From Microthyrium microscopicum (Eukaryota), in contig MU004230.1 in assembly GCA_010405405.1 (NCBI GenBank), positions 4,017,119 to 4,081,118 on the forward strand: a stretch of DNA of 64,000 nt, given 5' to 3'. Shown here in pieces: positions 1 through 10,682 of the stretch (positions are counted from its first letter, which is position 1; every line of letters starts with the position of its first letter). The position numbers were made by a program, and so were the translations under genes. The notes under the pieces were generated by a model. The model made no database searches and was not told where the DNA came from. It saw only the letters and a program-made list of their open reading frames with translations.

Positions 1-66
1 AGCCGTAACTTCGAATTGAATGGGAACGAGCCTGACTAAGGTCTGGCGTCGCTCAATTCGGTCTAG

Positions 67-287
67 CGACCATGAAGCAGGAGGACAACAACATAAGCAT
101 TGTGCACCACTACACCAATGAAACCCAAAGTTTTATAAACCAACAGCATAAAATAGTATATATCACTGAATTCTTCGGCCACCAAAAATTCAAGTCTTCT
201 GGTCCCAGCCCTCAGCCACTTGATTCCACATTTCCTATTTTACTCTTTTTGACTATTGCTGTATTGCCAATTGGGTTCGTCAATTGA
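67..287 (+). CDS. Possible terminal exon of a gene starting left of the window; hydrophobic C-terminus (TM or GPI-signal-like)
   Basis: Branch-like CTGAC near 32 and TAG acceptor at 64-66 precede a 71-aa ORF ending ...STFPILLFLTIAVLPIGFVN*. No family recognised. Confidence 0.25.
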
Positions 288-354
288 TGACTTACTTGCA
301 CTATATTATGGCTGGTCACAATCATAGTACTCCGCCAGTCATATGCAACTGGGT

Positions 355-1896
355 TTATTCAATCCAATCTTGATGTCCACCGCATGCACTTCCTCTAAGT
401 TCTATTAAAGAATCTACAGCTCTGTTCCTTCCAATCGTAGTGTTTGTGATTACCTTGGGAATGCGCTTCTCTCCTTCCATGGCCAGAATAGAAATCACTT
501 GAGCTGTTATCTACGGCAAAGTTCAGCGAACACATTACTTCAAATGAATCTTCTGTGTACTCACCTGAGCGTTCGTGGTCAGAACTTGGGCATTGATATT
601 GTCCACGGTATCACATTTCCTATGATAGCAAGGATCCTGTGCATAACCAGAACCGGTATGAAGTCCTCCACTTGGCTTGTTCAGCCGTCCAATGAAGGAT
701 CCGTAATCACTGTTGCCAGCAAACTTCTCTGGGACTGTGGAGTTGATGCCTTTATTGATGAACGCATCAAGGAAGAGTTTGTGCAGGATCTCTGAGCCTG
801 GAGGTCCTCCCATGCCTGGTCTTGCACCAGAGCCATCAAAAATTCCAAAATATCCTCTGGCTATCATGTCGAAGTTGAGATAGGCAAGAATGTTATCAGA
901 CTCTGTCTTAGCCAAATGACCGGTGTAGAAATTGCTTCCCAAGAGACCGCTCTCTTCCGCTCCCCACCATGCGAAACGAATTTTGTTCTTAAAGTCGTAT
1001 TTCTGTAGAGATTTGAAGATCTCAAGTAGAAGAGTCACGCCGGATCCATCGTCGTTTATTCCGGGGCCAGCTTGAACACTGTCAAGATGTGCGCCTAGCA
1101 TGATCACGTTGGCTGGATCACCAGTCTTTGTTTCGGCAAACACATTCTGTGATATCCTGGGCTCGTTGATCTGGGTTGTCTGGAATAGTGCATTCTGTGC
1201 AGTCCCGTCACTGAGCTGGTCCGCAAGTGCTTTTCCATCAGTCTGGGATATGAGACCTGCAGGAATCAGCTTTTGGTTCGCGGAAGTTCTACCGCGCAGT
1301 GTTCCCATTCCCATAAAAGGCGAGTCGTTGTAGATGATCACTCCAGCGGCACCAGCTTCAGCGGCGGCATGAACAAGACCGGCAAATGTAGTACCGTCTG
1401 GACAGGCGCGTCTCCCAACAAGGACAATGTTCTTCTCCACATCAAGATTTTCGTACCCATCCCTAGAGCATGCCTCAGTTCCCTCTGGTCCAAGAATGAG
1501 AGAAGCTGAGATGCCGGTCTCGGAAGTCGATGGTGAGTGTTGAAGGAAGTTAATCTTGTAGTCCTTACTACCGACCCGGAGACCAATCGACTTGAATTGA
1601 CTGAAAGCCTCCGTGAAGTTTTGAGTCCAGACTTTAGCATTCTCCAGTTTTGCTGTTTGCGAAACAACATAGTCGACGGACGCTGCAAAACCTGGTAGAC
1701 CAAAAGCTCGATTGCCGCCATTGGCTTTACCAATATCGTCGAGAGATCGAAGATTACTCATGAGTCCCTCAGAAGTGATATCAAGTTCAAGTGGGAAGTT
1801 GACGTTGTCGTGCGACCATAGTTGAGGCTTCTTCGCATTGGCGCTCAGGGAAAGACACAAGATCTGACACCATACTTTAGACCTGAAGACATACAT
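355..1896 (-). CDS. Secreted M28-family aminopeptidase (aminopeptidase Y-like) with PA domain
   Basis: Signal-peptide-like N-terminus; motifs GAHLDSV, GPGINDDGSG, WWGAEESGLLGS, YLNFDM, SDY, DPCYH. One intron 511-564 (GTGAGT..TAG); last exon 510-355 reads ITAQVISILAMEG...WIE*. Confidence 0.9.
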
Positions 1897-2733
1897 TCTT
1901 CGAATTAATACAGCTCTGAAAGATACAAGGTGATTCTTTGTATTGCCAAACAGCCTGCAACAGGTATCGAAAGATCTTCACTGTTGGACTTGAATCAAAC
2001 GACGGCGCAGGACATAGATGTAGTAGTTGCAGGTTTCCTAATCTAGACCATGTGAGATTCGCTACTCCCAATTATTTGCGTTGAATACACGACCTATAGT
2101 GTGCGCCTATATGGGCAACAAGGGCTTGAGGTACTCGGCGTGATAGCTTATGCTAAATCCGATATAGAAGAACTATGCGTAGATTGGATGGAGACTAAAT
2201 AAGGACTGGTTTCGCCTCCACGGAAGATTGAAATATAATCCTATCTGACATGGTGTAAGATAAGCCAATTATCAGTCATATGTTGGTCTGGCATTTATTT
2301 TTCTATCTCTAACAGTACATTACCCGACCCACGAATATCATGGTATCTATCGAATGCAGTGAGAGCCATCTTATTCTACTCACCAAAAATGCATTTTTGT
2401 CATCCATGCAATATCACCGGGTTACAAGTAAATGTGCAACAAAACCACAAATAATTGGTATTCATGAGCCGGGCATATTAGCAAAATACTGTCATTTGAA
2501 GGTGTGAGAGAACCTACTAGTAAGATGTTGATTCAAGTACGAGGGATGCCAGGGAAATAATGGCCAAAAATCATGCAAATTGTGGAAGTGGATCAGTTCC
2601 TATATAATTAATAAAACAGAATTTGTTATTTCAAGGGGTGCAAAAGTGGTCAAATACAAACTGATTGTTGCTGGCTGTTTTGAAGATTGAACTAGTCTGA
2701 AGTGGCTAGCTCCGCTTAGCAATCCTTCCCTTT

Positions 2734-2797
2734 GTACTCTAGTGCCACCGCTTACGGAACGCTAAGTACCCTAGTGCCACCGCTTTTCGGAACGCTA
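2734..2797. repeat. Two-copy ~32-bp tandem direct repeat in intergenic DNA
   Basis: gtactctagtgccaccgcttacggaacgctaa followed by gtaccctagtgccaccgcttttcggaacgcta. Confidence 0.8.
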
Positions 2798-3581
2798 GTG
2801 TGGGTTGCATTGTGCGAAAGCTTCACTTGAACGCTATGTTCAATTCCCTTTTTGCTCTCTGTGCAAGAAAGATTCTTTTTTCTTATAAGTAATTACTTCA
2901 ATATGTTAGCGGCTGCTAGGATGTTAAGCCCTTTTTTTAACCTCCTTGTAGACCAATTCTTGAAAGCTGGGCGGTCTTGAAGCAGCGATTCACTTGGTAA
3001 ATCTAGTAAATTTCGATGCATTTGATTGGTGCGCACAAACATTAAATGCCTGCTGTGCAAGCAAGGCTGAGATGAACAAGGCTGATGTTCAACTACACCC
3101 CATCGGCTACAAACCGCACGCAAAACCCGTAGTCAACAGAGAGAGCAGATAGCACTGTATATAGGGTAGCAGGTCCATGTCAAGCTACCGAAAGCATAAA
3201 AAGACACATTTGGAAGCTCTAGGCACTTAAGGCTCACATCACGTTATAATGAATTGGTCAACAGTAACGTGTAACTGAGGAACTGTGTCGACGTGCAGAG
3301 CGACGCGCCCAAAATTCAACTTCCCGCCTCAAAATGACCCAAGCACTAAAAACAAACAGGCTTCGGTGCCTCATCTCAAGGTGTCTCGAGGGCGAGGTGT
3401 TAGTTCCTAAGGTGGCTTCTTTACCTTCGAATTTTTGTTTAAGGTTACTTTAAACTCCCCACCTTTTACATAGCTCTGTCCCTCTCGTATCGCCATCACC
3501 ATCATCACAATCACCATCAGCTTCGCGCTTTACGACTTTCAAAGAGCTTTCTCTCACCCCTCCTGCTTTCAAGTTGTCATC

Positions 3582-5020
3582 ATGGCCGAGTCAAATGTTG
3601 ATGGCGAACTGTCAACACATGTTATCACCACGGTGACTACTGAGTTTGTCGACCACGTCATTTCAAATCTTGAAAAAGTCATCCAGAGTGGCAATCTAGC
3701 AGCTGAGGAGTCCAACCAAGTTGAGCGTAATGCTGCGACCGAGGCTTATCTACGCGACAGACTCCGGCCTTCGTTGGAAAGCATCATGGAACAGCCAGAC
3801 TTTAAAGAGGAAGCGCGAATGGCGCAAGGAATTAAACAATACAAGTCCTGGATCAAGAGCATGGCTCAGGTTTTCGAAGGTAAGCTTCCTGGCATAAGCA
3901 CAGATCACTCAAGATAGTGACAAAGGTGGAAGTTCTGCAATCGTGACATGTTGCTAATATATTCCAGATGTTGATTCCATGGTCGGTAAACACCTCCTTG
4001 CCCGAAAGCCAATTGAGGATGCGCGTATCAAGCGCATCCAGGAAATTGAGGATGCGCATACCAAGCGCATTCAGGAACTCGAGGATACACATACTAAGCG
4101 CATTGAGGAGCTCGTACAAGAGCCAGCAACATTCCCTGAATTCATGCAAAATCAGGAAAAGCGCAAGGATCTCAAGCGCAAGCGAGTCGAATCTCCAGAC
4201 CTTGAATCTCCAAAGCCAGGTAAATTTTCCCTTAATTGTTCACAACATCCGATGAGACCAAAATACCGTGCCTACCATCGAATGGCTACCATAGACTGCC
4301 CTTCTGATCAAGTGCTATGGTCCCCATCGCACTTGATATCGCTTTTTTGATAAAATTCTTTGGTAATTTCAAGCTAACAAAATATAGGTAATATACAATG
4401 TGTGCTCTACGCTTCGTCTCCAGCAAGCTAACAATATTCGAAGACCAGATTGACTACATCCTTGTCCGTCGTTTAGACCAAGTAACTGCCTCGAATTACT
4501 TCTCAGAGAACATTTTGGTCTGTGAAACCTTCGACTTGGAGAAAAGATTGACGGATTCTCTCAGCCAAGGCCGAACACTTTATCTTATTATCTACACAAA
4601 CGATGAACGGGGTACCGACTTCCAAGGTTACGTAAGTTCCGCGTCCGGTTCGCTCCAAGGTATAGCTGAAATTGACATTTTTGATGCTTCTAGGGCCGCC
4701 TGACCCGTCTTCCGGGACTGATCTCACCAACCAATCCAGCTCCACATTGGCGCACAGTGCTAAAGCCCTGGGATGAGTCATTCATTCGACCATTTCTTGT
4801 GGAATGGGTAGCAAAATTTCCTAGAGGGGTCTATCGTCCTTTTGACACTGCTCTACTGAAATCCATGGCACGTAACTTGAAACAAGATTTCAACAAAATC
4901 AGCTCCTTTCAGCAAATTCGAAGACATGATGGTGCGAATGTGGTGAAACTGTTGGATGAGGCAGCGGGAATAAAGACAGCAGGTAGAGCCACCAAGAAGA
5001 TGGTCAATGCAACCGGCTAG
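3582..5020 (+). CDS. Coiled-coil protein with a divergent C-terminal YTH-like domain (4 exons)
   Basis: Exons 3582-3879, 3968-4219, 4444-4631, 4694-5020 splice in frame (GT-AG, GCTAAY branch points). Product contains DYILVRR...LEKRLTDSL...LYLIIY...DFQGY|GRLTRLP...PHW...PFLVEWV...FQQIRRHDGANVVKLL, which follows the YTH motif order. Confidence 0.65.
4012..4110 (+). repeat. 3 x 33-bp coding tandem repeat (11-aa hendecad units)
   Basis: IEDARIKRIQE / IEDAHTKRIQE / LEDTHTKRIEE at 4012-4044, 4045-4077, 4078-4110. Confidence 0.85.
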
Positions 5021-6062
5021 TAGCTTGATGGGAACTGAATTCTGGCGAGCGGCGGACAAATTGTAATGGAAGGCGTTGGAAGTAACGAAACGGGTGGTTT
5101 TCAATATCTTTATTCCTGGGGAATAAAGACTTTTTCATGAACAAGAATGATGGAGTTGCTGAGGCCTAGGTTCTCAAAGCTAGAGTACTCTATAATTTTG
5201 AAGCATCCAAACTCAAACTCAGTGTACATAATATTCAAAGTCAAGCTCAATAAACCGCCAAAAGTTTGTAGTCAATGTAACCCTTAGAATAATTCTGTAT
5301 AAGTCCCGAAAAGCTAAGTACTTTAGGTAGGTACTTACCAACCTTAGGTAACTTTTTACAAAGGGCCCAAATCCTCGCAGCCATTAAGTCTAAAAACAGC
5401 AGGCGATGAAGACCTGAAGACGATTTGCTTTTAATCTTCAATACCTTTCCAGTTCAAAGCGCAATGAAAAATTACATAACGTGTATGAAATTCGAGCCCA
5501 GCATGGCTGTTACAGATTTCTCGAGAACAACACTGATCATGAGTTCGTGATCACGCTGGCATATGCTGAACTGGATTGAATCAGACGATAAGAACTGCCT
5601 CCACAGTAATTGCATTAACTTGTTCATAGCTACGTTGAGTCCTCTTTTTGATGTCATTATCCTTGAAACGTCTTAGTATGAGACTAAAGGGTAGGTTCCT
5701 TAACAATCTCAGCAAATGTTTCTAGATATGTACCTAGGCTTGAATGCGTAGCTCTGGCGTCCATAAAACTCCATGGCAGCTATTGAGTGCTGTGTGAAAT
5801 ATAGACTGTGATGGGAGCCACAAGATACGATGGCACACCTTGCTAAACTGAGGTATGGCCCTATGGGAGATTCGGTAGAGTATTCAAGTATTCTAGACGT
5901 CTTAAAGCATGCTATGATAGCCATTGAATGCGATGGGAACCAACAGATGCGCTGGGGAGTTTAATTTGTTCTCATGATATGGTGGTATTGTTCAGGTACG
6001 AAGCATTTCTATTTTACCTACAGCTTCAGCATCAACAACCCGGCTTTGATACGGCAAATTCC

Positions 6063-7486
6063 TTAGCGTTTTGCGATATTACACAACGCATTCACGATAA
6101 ATAGGCCTTCATCCTTTGAAATCACTTGTGATCTTCTCACATCTTCGACCTTTCTTCTTATTGCTCGTTCAAAGTCCACATATGACTTCTCGTTTCTGTT
6201 CCAGGTCAACTGCTTTCGTCCTGTCCAATCGACTCCGAGAACTTTGCAATTTTTGAGACCATTTCGCTCAGCTAAGTCCAGTGGTGTCCAGCTTGCTATT
6301 TCTGGCATACTGTCAAGAAGTGTCTGTCAATATGTTAGCGGACTGATTTGACTTAGATTCTGCTTGATGGCAATTTACTTACACAGGCATGAAACTCGAC
6401 TCCCTTCGAATTCGATGAGTAGAGAATAAGCCAGACTTTTTGATCGTTGTCGAAGATGGATCGAAGAGTTCCCTCGTCGGAGGACGGCAAGGCCAATGCA
6501 TGCTCGCGGAAATAACCTTCTGGCTGTATCGAAAATCGTCGCCGGAGCAAGACGTAGCGAAACTCATCTGTTAGGAAGTTAGTGTATAAGAAGATCAGCT
6601 ATCAGATCTCAGTAATTACCTGTCTTTTGAGAAGATGACCGCTCGCGCTCAAGAAATCTTGCCCGGTCGAAAGGTGAGCGAGACCGATGGCCATTGCTAC
6701 CCGAAGCAGGAGACCGTGATCGGCGACGGCTGTGAGAAGACTCTTCCGCACGACGAAGTTGATGATGGACTATAGCTGAACTATGCTCTGGCTTGCTAGC
6801 ATTTTCGTCCAACCATTGCGTCAGGCGATATCCCACACCCAGAAGAATCTCTTGAAAAGGCAGGAATTCCAAAGGAGAAGCAATGGGCGGAGATGAAGAT
6901 TTGCCTAGCTCAGTGATCAGCTCAGGCTTCGTCCAGAAATCGACACTTCGGGTAGCTTTCCAGGTAATCTTGAAGGGCTGACTATGTTTCCACTTCAGCT
7001 CTGGATGCCAGGAAGGAAGAGGGTTCTGCTGAGACGAGTATTGCGGAGCACTCTCCACGCGTGCCTTAAATATAATTAGATTTGAACATGCGTCTTGCGG
7101 AATGAAAATGAACTTACATAGCCTGGAAAGAACCCTCCGCCGTGACACAACTGGAAGAATATGATGTAAACTTGGCTATGCTCCCTAAAGGCTCGTCTGA
7201 GAATTCTCTCATCCTTGGTCATCAGAACGTAAATTCCGTCGCTCATTGACTTTTTCATGAAAGACGGGTGAATTGGCTTGTGGAGAAAGTAAGCAGTAGA
7301 AGAGCTTGTTGTTGGCTCACCAAGCGGAGGCAGCGTGGGTTTTGATTCGGCGGGATCGTCTAGGCTCAACGCCTCCACTTGAGTAGCTGGGGGATCGATA
7401 TCCATTTCGCTATCATTGGATATTGGCGTTTTGACTCTATCAGCCATCTGTAGAGGAACTATTGGCTTCGGCGAAAGGGCTGACAT
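6063..7486 (-). CDS. Protein with two tandem divergent YTH-like domains separated by an RS-rich linker (4 exons)
   Basis: Exons 7486-7118, 7064-6620, 6567-6383, 6323-6063 splice in frame. Domain 1: AYFLHKP...KSMSDGIY...DERILRRAF...VYIIF...FPGY|ARVES...PSW...PFKITW...FQEILLGVGYRL. Linker SRRRSRSP...HRSRSP. Domain 2: RYVLLRR...DEGTLRSIF...VWLILY...FHAC|TLLDS...GVDW...SQVISKDEGLFI. Confidence 0.75.
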
Positions 7487-7811
7487 TGAAACGATGTGAG
7501 CGGTATCTTGGTGGATGGGAGGTGTGGGCGAAGGGGTGTAAAAGAGGTGCTGGGTGTTAGAGAATCAGAAGCGAGCTGGCACTGACAATGTGAAGGTAAA
7601 CCTCTCAGCCTTGTCCTCAGCCTTGTCTGCAGGGATCTAAACGCGCGTCAATTTTACAATTTAGCGTAGGGTCGCTTAGAAAATATGCAAAACATAAAAA
7701 AAATACTGGTACGAAATCGAAAATGTTGCAATGAAACTTCAAAACTAGAACCGACGTGTCGCCATATTGATGCTCTCCGATATGCAACACTAATCCGTCG
7801 TTCTCCTCAAA

Positions 7812-9026
7812 ATGGCCTCCGAAAACTCACCACCAGCCCTCCGCTTTGTCGGCCATCGCCATCTCGCCAACCGTCTCGTCCTCTCCACCCTCACCGGCCG
7901 GCCCATCCACGTCTCCAAAATACGCACCTCCTCCGTCTCCGCACCCGGTCTCGCGCCCCACGAAGTCTCCCTCCTCCGCCTCCTCGACGCCATCACCAAC
8001 GGCTCACGCATCGAGTTCAACGCCTCTGGTACCGCCTTCCTCTACAAACCCGGCCTCATCGCTGGCTCTGCGCCTGGCCTTGGCGCAGACGCATATGGAG
8101 TCATTCGCCATGAGATACCGGCGGCGTGTGAGCGAGGCCTAAGCTATTTTCTGATTCCGCTGTGTCTGCTGGCGCCGTTTGCGAAGAATAAAGTCAGTGT
8201 GCTTTTTGCTGGACCGGGTGTGATTACGAGCGCGACGGAGTTGGGGGACGTCAGTGTTGACACGGTGCGGACGGCAATTTTGCCATATTACACGAATTTT
8301 GGCATTTCGACGGATCGCGTGGAGATTCGGACTGTGCAGAGATCTTGTCCGGGGCCGGGGGGAAAGGGTGGCGCGGGAGAAGTTCAGGTTGTGTTTGCGC
8401 AGCAGGTGCGGTTACCGAAGACGATACATTTGCTGAATCGTGGCCGGGTGAAGAATATCAGGGGCGTGGCATATGCCGTTGGTGTGAGTGGGAGTAACAA
8501 TGCTAGGATGATTGAAGCTGCGAGAGGAGTGCTCAATAAACTGGTTCCTGATACGCGGATCTTCTCGGAAAACTCGTCAGCTGGATTCATCAAAGAGGTT
8601 ACTGGAGGCAGCGTTGGCAAGAGAAAGATGGGAATTGGATTTGGGCTAAGTCTTGTTGCCGAGACAAGTACTGGCAATCGCTACTCAGCGGACATGGTTT
8701 CTCCGACTGACGGAGGTGTTGCTCCTGAAGAGATTGGAAAGCAGGCTGCTCTACAGCTACTTGAAGTGATATCTCAAGGTGGTGTTGTAGGACAGACGGC
8801 AGCCCCGACGGTATTGATGCTCATGGCCATGGGACCAGAAGACGCCAGTCGAGTAGCACTGGGAAAAGATGTACTAGGTACGGAAGATATGGTTCAAATG
8901 GCCAGAGACTTTCGAGAGTTCGGGCTCAACGACTGGGGTCTTAGAGATCTTGAGGGTGAGGAGGTTGAGATTGTTGTTGTCATCAAAGGAAGCGGCGTGG
9001 GCAACGTAGGCAGAAAAATTGCCTGA
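7812..9026 (+). CDS. RCL1: RNA 3'-terminal phosphate cyclase-like 18S rRNA biogenesis protein
   Basis: Intronless 404-aa ORF with RLVLSTLTGRPI..SKIR, PGL..HEVSLLRLL..ITNGS, G.GGAGEV and terminal GSGVGNVGRKIA, all characteristic of Rcl1. Confidence 0.93.
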   Translation: MASENSPPALRFVGHRHLANRLVLSTLTGRPIHVSKIRTSSVSAPGLAPHEVSLLRLLDAITNGSRIEFNASGTAFLYKPGLIAGSAPGLGADAYGVIRHEIPAACERGLSYFLIPLCLLAPFAKNKVSVLFAGPGVITSATELGDVSVDTVRTAILPYYTNFGISTDRVEIRTVQRSCPGPGGKGGAGEVQVVFAQQVRLPKTIHLLNRGRVKNIRGVAYAVGVSGSNNARMIEAARGVLNKLVPDTRIFSENSSAGFIKEVTGGSVGKRKMGIGFGLSLVAETSTGNRYSADMVSPTDGGVAPEEIGKQAALQLLEVISQGGVVGQTAAPTVLMLMAMGPEDASRVALGKDVLGTEDMVQMARDFREFGLNDWGLRDLEGEEVEIVVVIKGSGVGNVGRKIA

Positions 9027-9245
9027 TCGTTGGAGCAAAACTGGCGTTAGGGAGTTCTGTTCGAATTTATATACCCATGGAATGATACACACACGATGAA
9101 ATTGAGATCCTGGCATTTTAACACTCTGGTGGAGACTACTATTATGGGATCCAAGTGTTGAGTGAGCTGACAAGTACAGTATGTACTGTGTACGTTTGTT
9201 CCTTAAAATCCTAGAATACATCTATAGCTTGCCTTTGTCCTCATG

Positions 9246-10111
9246 TCAGGCTCTCCTCTTATCAACCGCATTCCGAAGTGCCTTGACAACTTGGCCAGGA
9301 TCCGAAGCACCAAACACGGCACTTCCAGCGACAATAACATTAGCTCCAGCATCCGCTGCTTGATCAATTGTCTTTTCAGATAGACCTCCGTCAACCTCAA
9401 TATGCATATCCGGGTATCGTTTCCGCAGTTCCGTGACCTTGGGTAATTCCGAAGCCATGAAAGATTGGCCACCAAATCCTGGTTCCACGGTCATGACAAG
9501 CACCATCTCCGGTCGCTCGTCAGCATTCGGCGATTCTAGTATATCCCACAAAACATTTACCGGTGTTTTGGGCTTGATCGCAATGCCAGCCTTCATGCCC
9601 TTCGAATGGATGTATTTTATGAGCTCCTTTGGACTTGTCTTCTTATCTGAGGTCGCAGATGGGGAGTCCGCCGCCGTTGAGGAAATCGCAGCCTCGTAAT
9701 GAAAGCAATAAAGATCACATCCGGCATTCTTGAACTCTGTGACCCACTTGTGCGGCTGGAAGCCAGTCAGTTTCGGTCGAAGCTGTGTAACGAGGGCTTG
9801 AACGCGGTACCTCTGCGATCATCATATGGCAATCGAACGTCCTCTTTCCAAGCGGTTCTGAAGGCTTTGGTACACGACTTCGAATCTTGGTTACTACCTG
9901 GTGTATGATCAGATCAGTCGCTGAAGCCCATATTCTCATACGTCGAACTTACGGGAGCACCAAACGTGAGATTGGGGACAAAGTGACCATCCATTATGTC
10001 GACATGGACCCAGTCCGAACCCCATTTGTTGAAGACTGAGTCAACAGCATCTCCTAGAGCCGCAAAGTCGGCTGAGAGAATGCTTGGAGCAATGATCGCG
10101 GGGGGTGACAT
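9246..10111 (-). CDS. RPE1: Ribulose-phosphate 3-epimerase
   Basis: [66 protein letters not shown]. Introns 9898-9952 and 9756-9810. Confidence 0.95.
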
Positions 10112-10682
10112 GGTTGAAGAGGGACAAAGGGCGTTCAAAGCAGTCTTTTGTAGCTGAAGTGTTTTTCTGCACGGGATAACTTTCAGGCTTGGAAAACTCA
10201 GATGTTCATGTTTTGAGCACGGAAATGTCGGATCTTGGCCAACAACACATCAGATCAGGACGACGTCAAGCGGAGCATTAAAGATCCAATCCAAGCTGTT
10301 TTTGGTGGGGCTACAAATGACAAGGATCCTCAACAACTTCCATGATCCTTGCATACTATTCATGCAATTAAATGTCTGTGCGTTACATGTACGCCACATA
10401 GACGCGGTGGTTTCAATCTTCGGTTTTCACGCGTTTGATACCCCAACTTCTCGGTAATACCTCTGCATGCTCTTAGAATGCAAGTATCCGATCATTGATT
10501 GTGGTGGGCAACTGAGGTGGCAAGGTCAAGGCATCAACTGAAGAGCTGGGGAAGGTCACCTAAGGAACAACTTACATCTTCATCACCAACAACAGGAGGG
10601 ATTTACGACTCTATTTCGCACTTGCTAATCACGCCCTCCAATTCTTTATACAGCTTATTAAGCTGTCATACCGTTCGAAGTT

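Noticed and set aside
5316..5354. Imperfect inverted repeat between the two YTH-like genes (possible shared terminator or MITE remnant)
   Set aside because: Arms are short with several mismatches; no TSD or second copy; could be chance.
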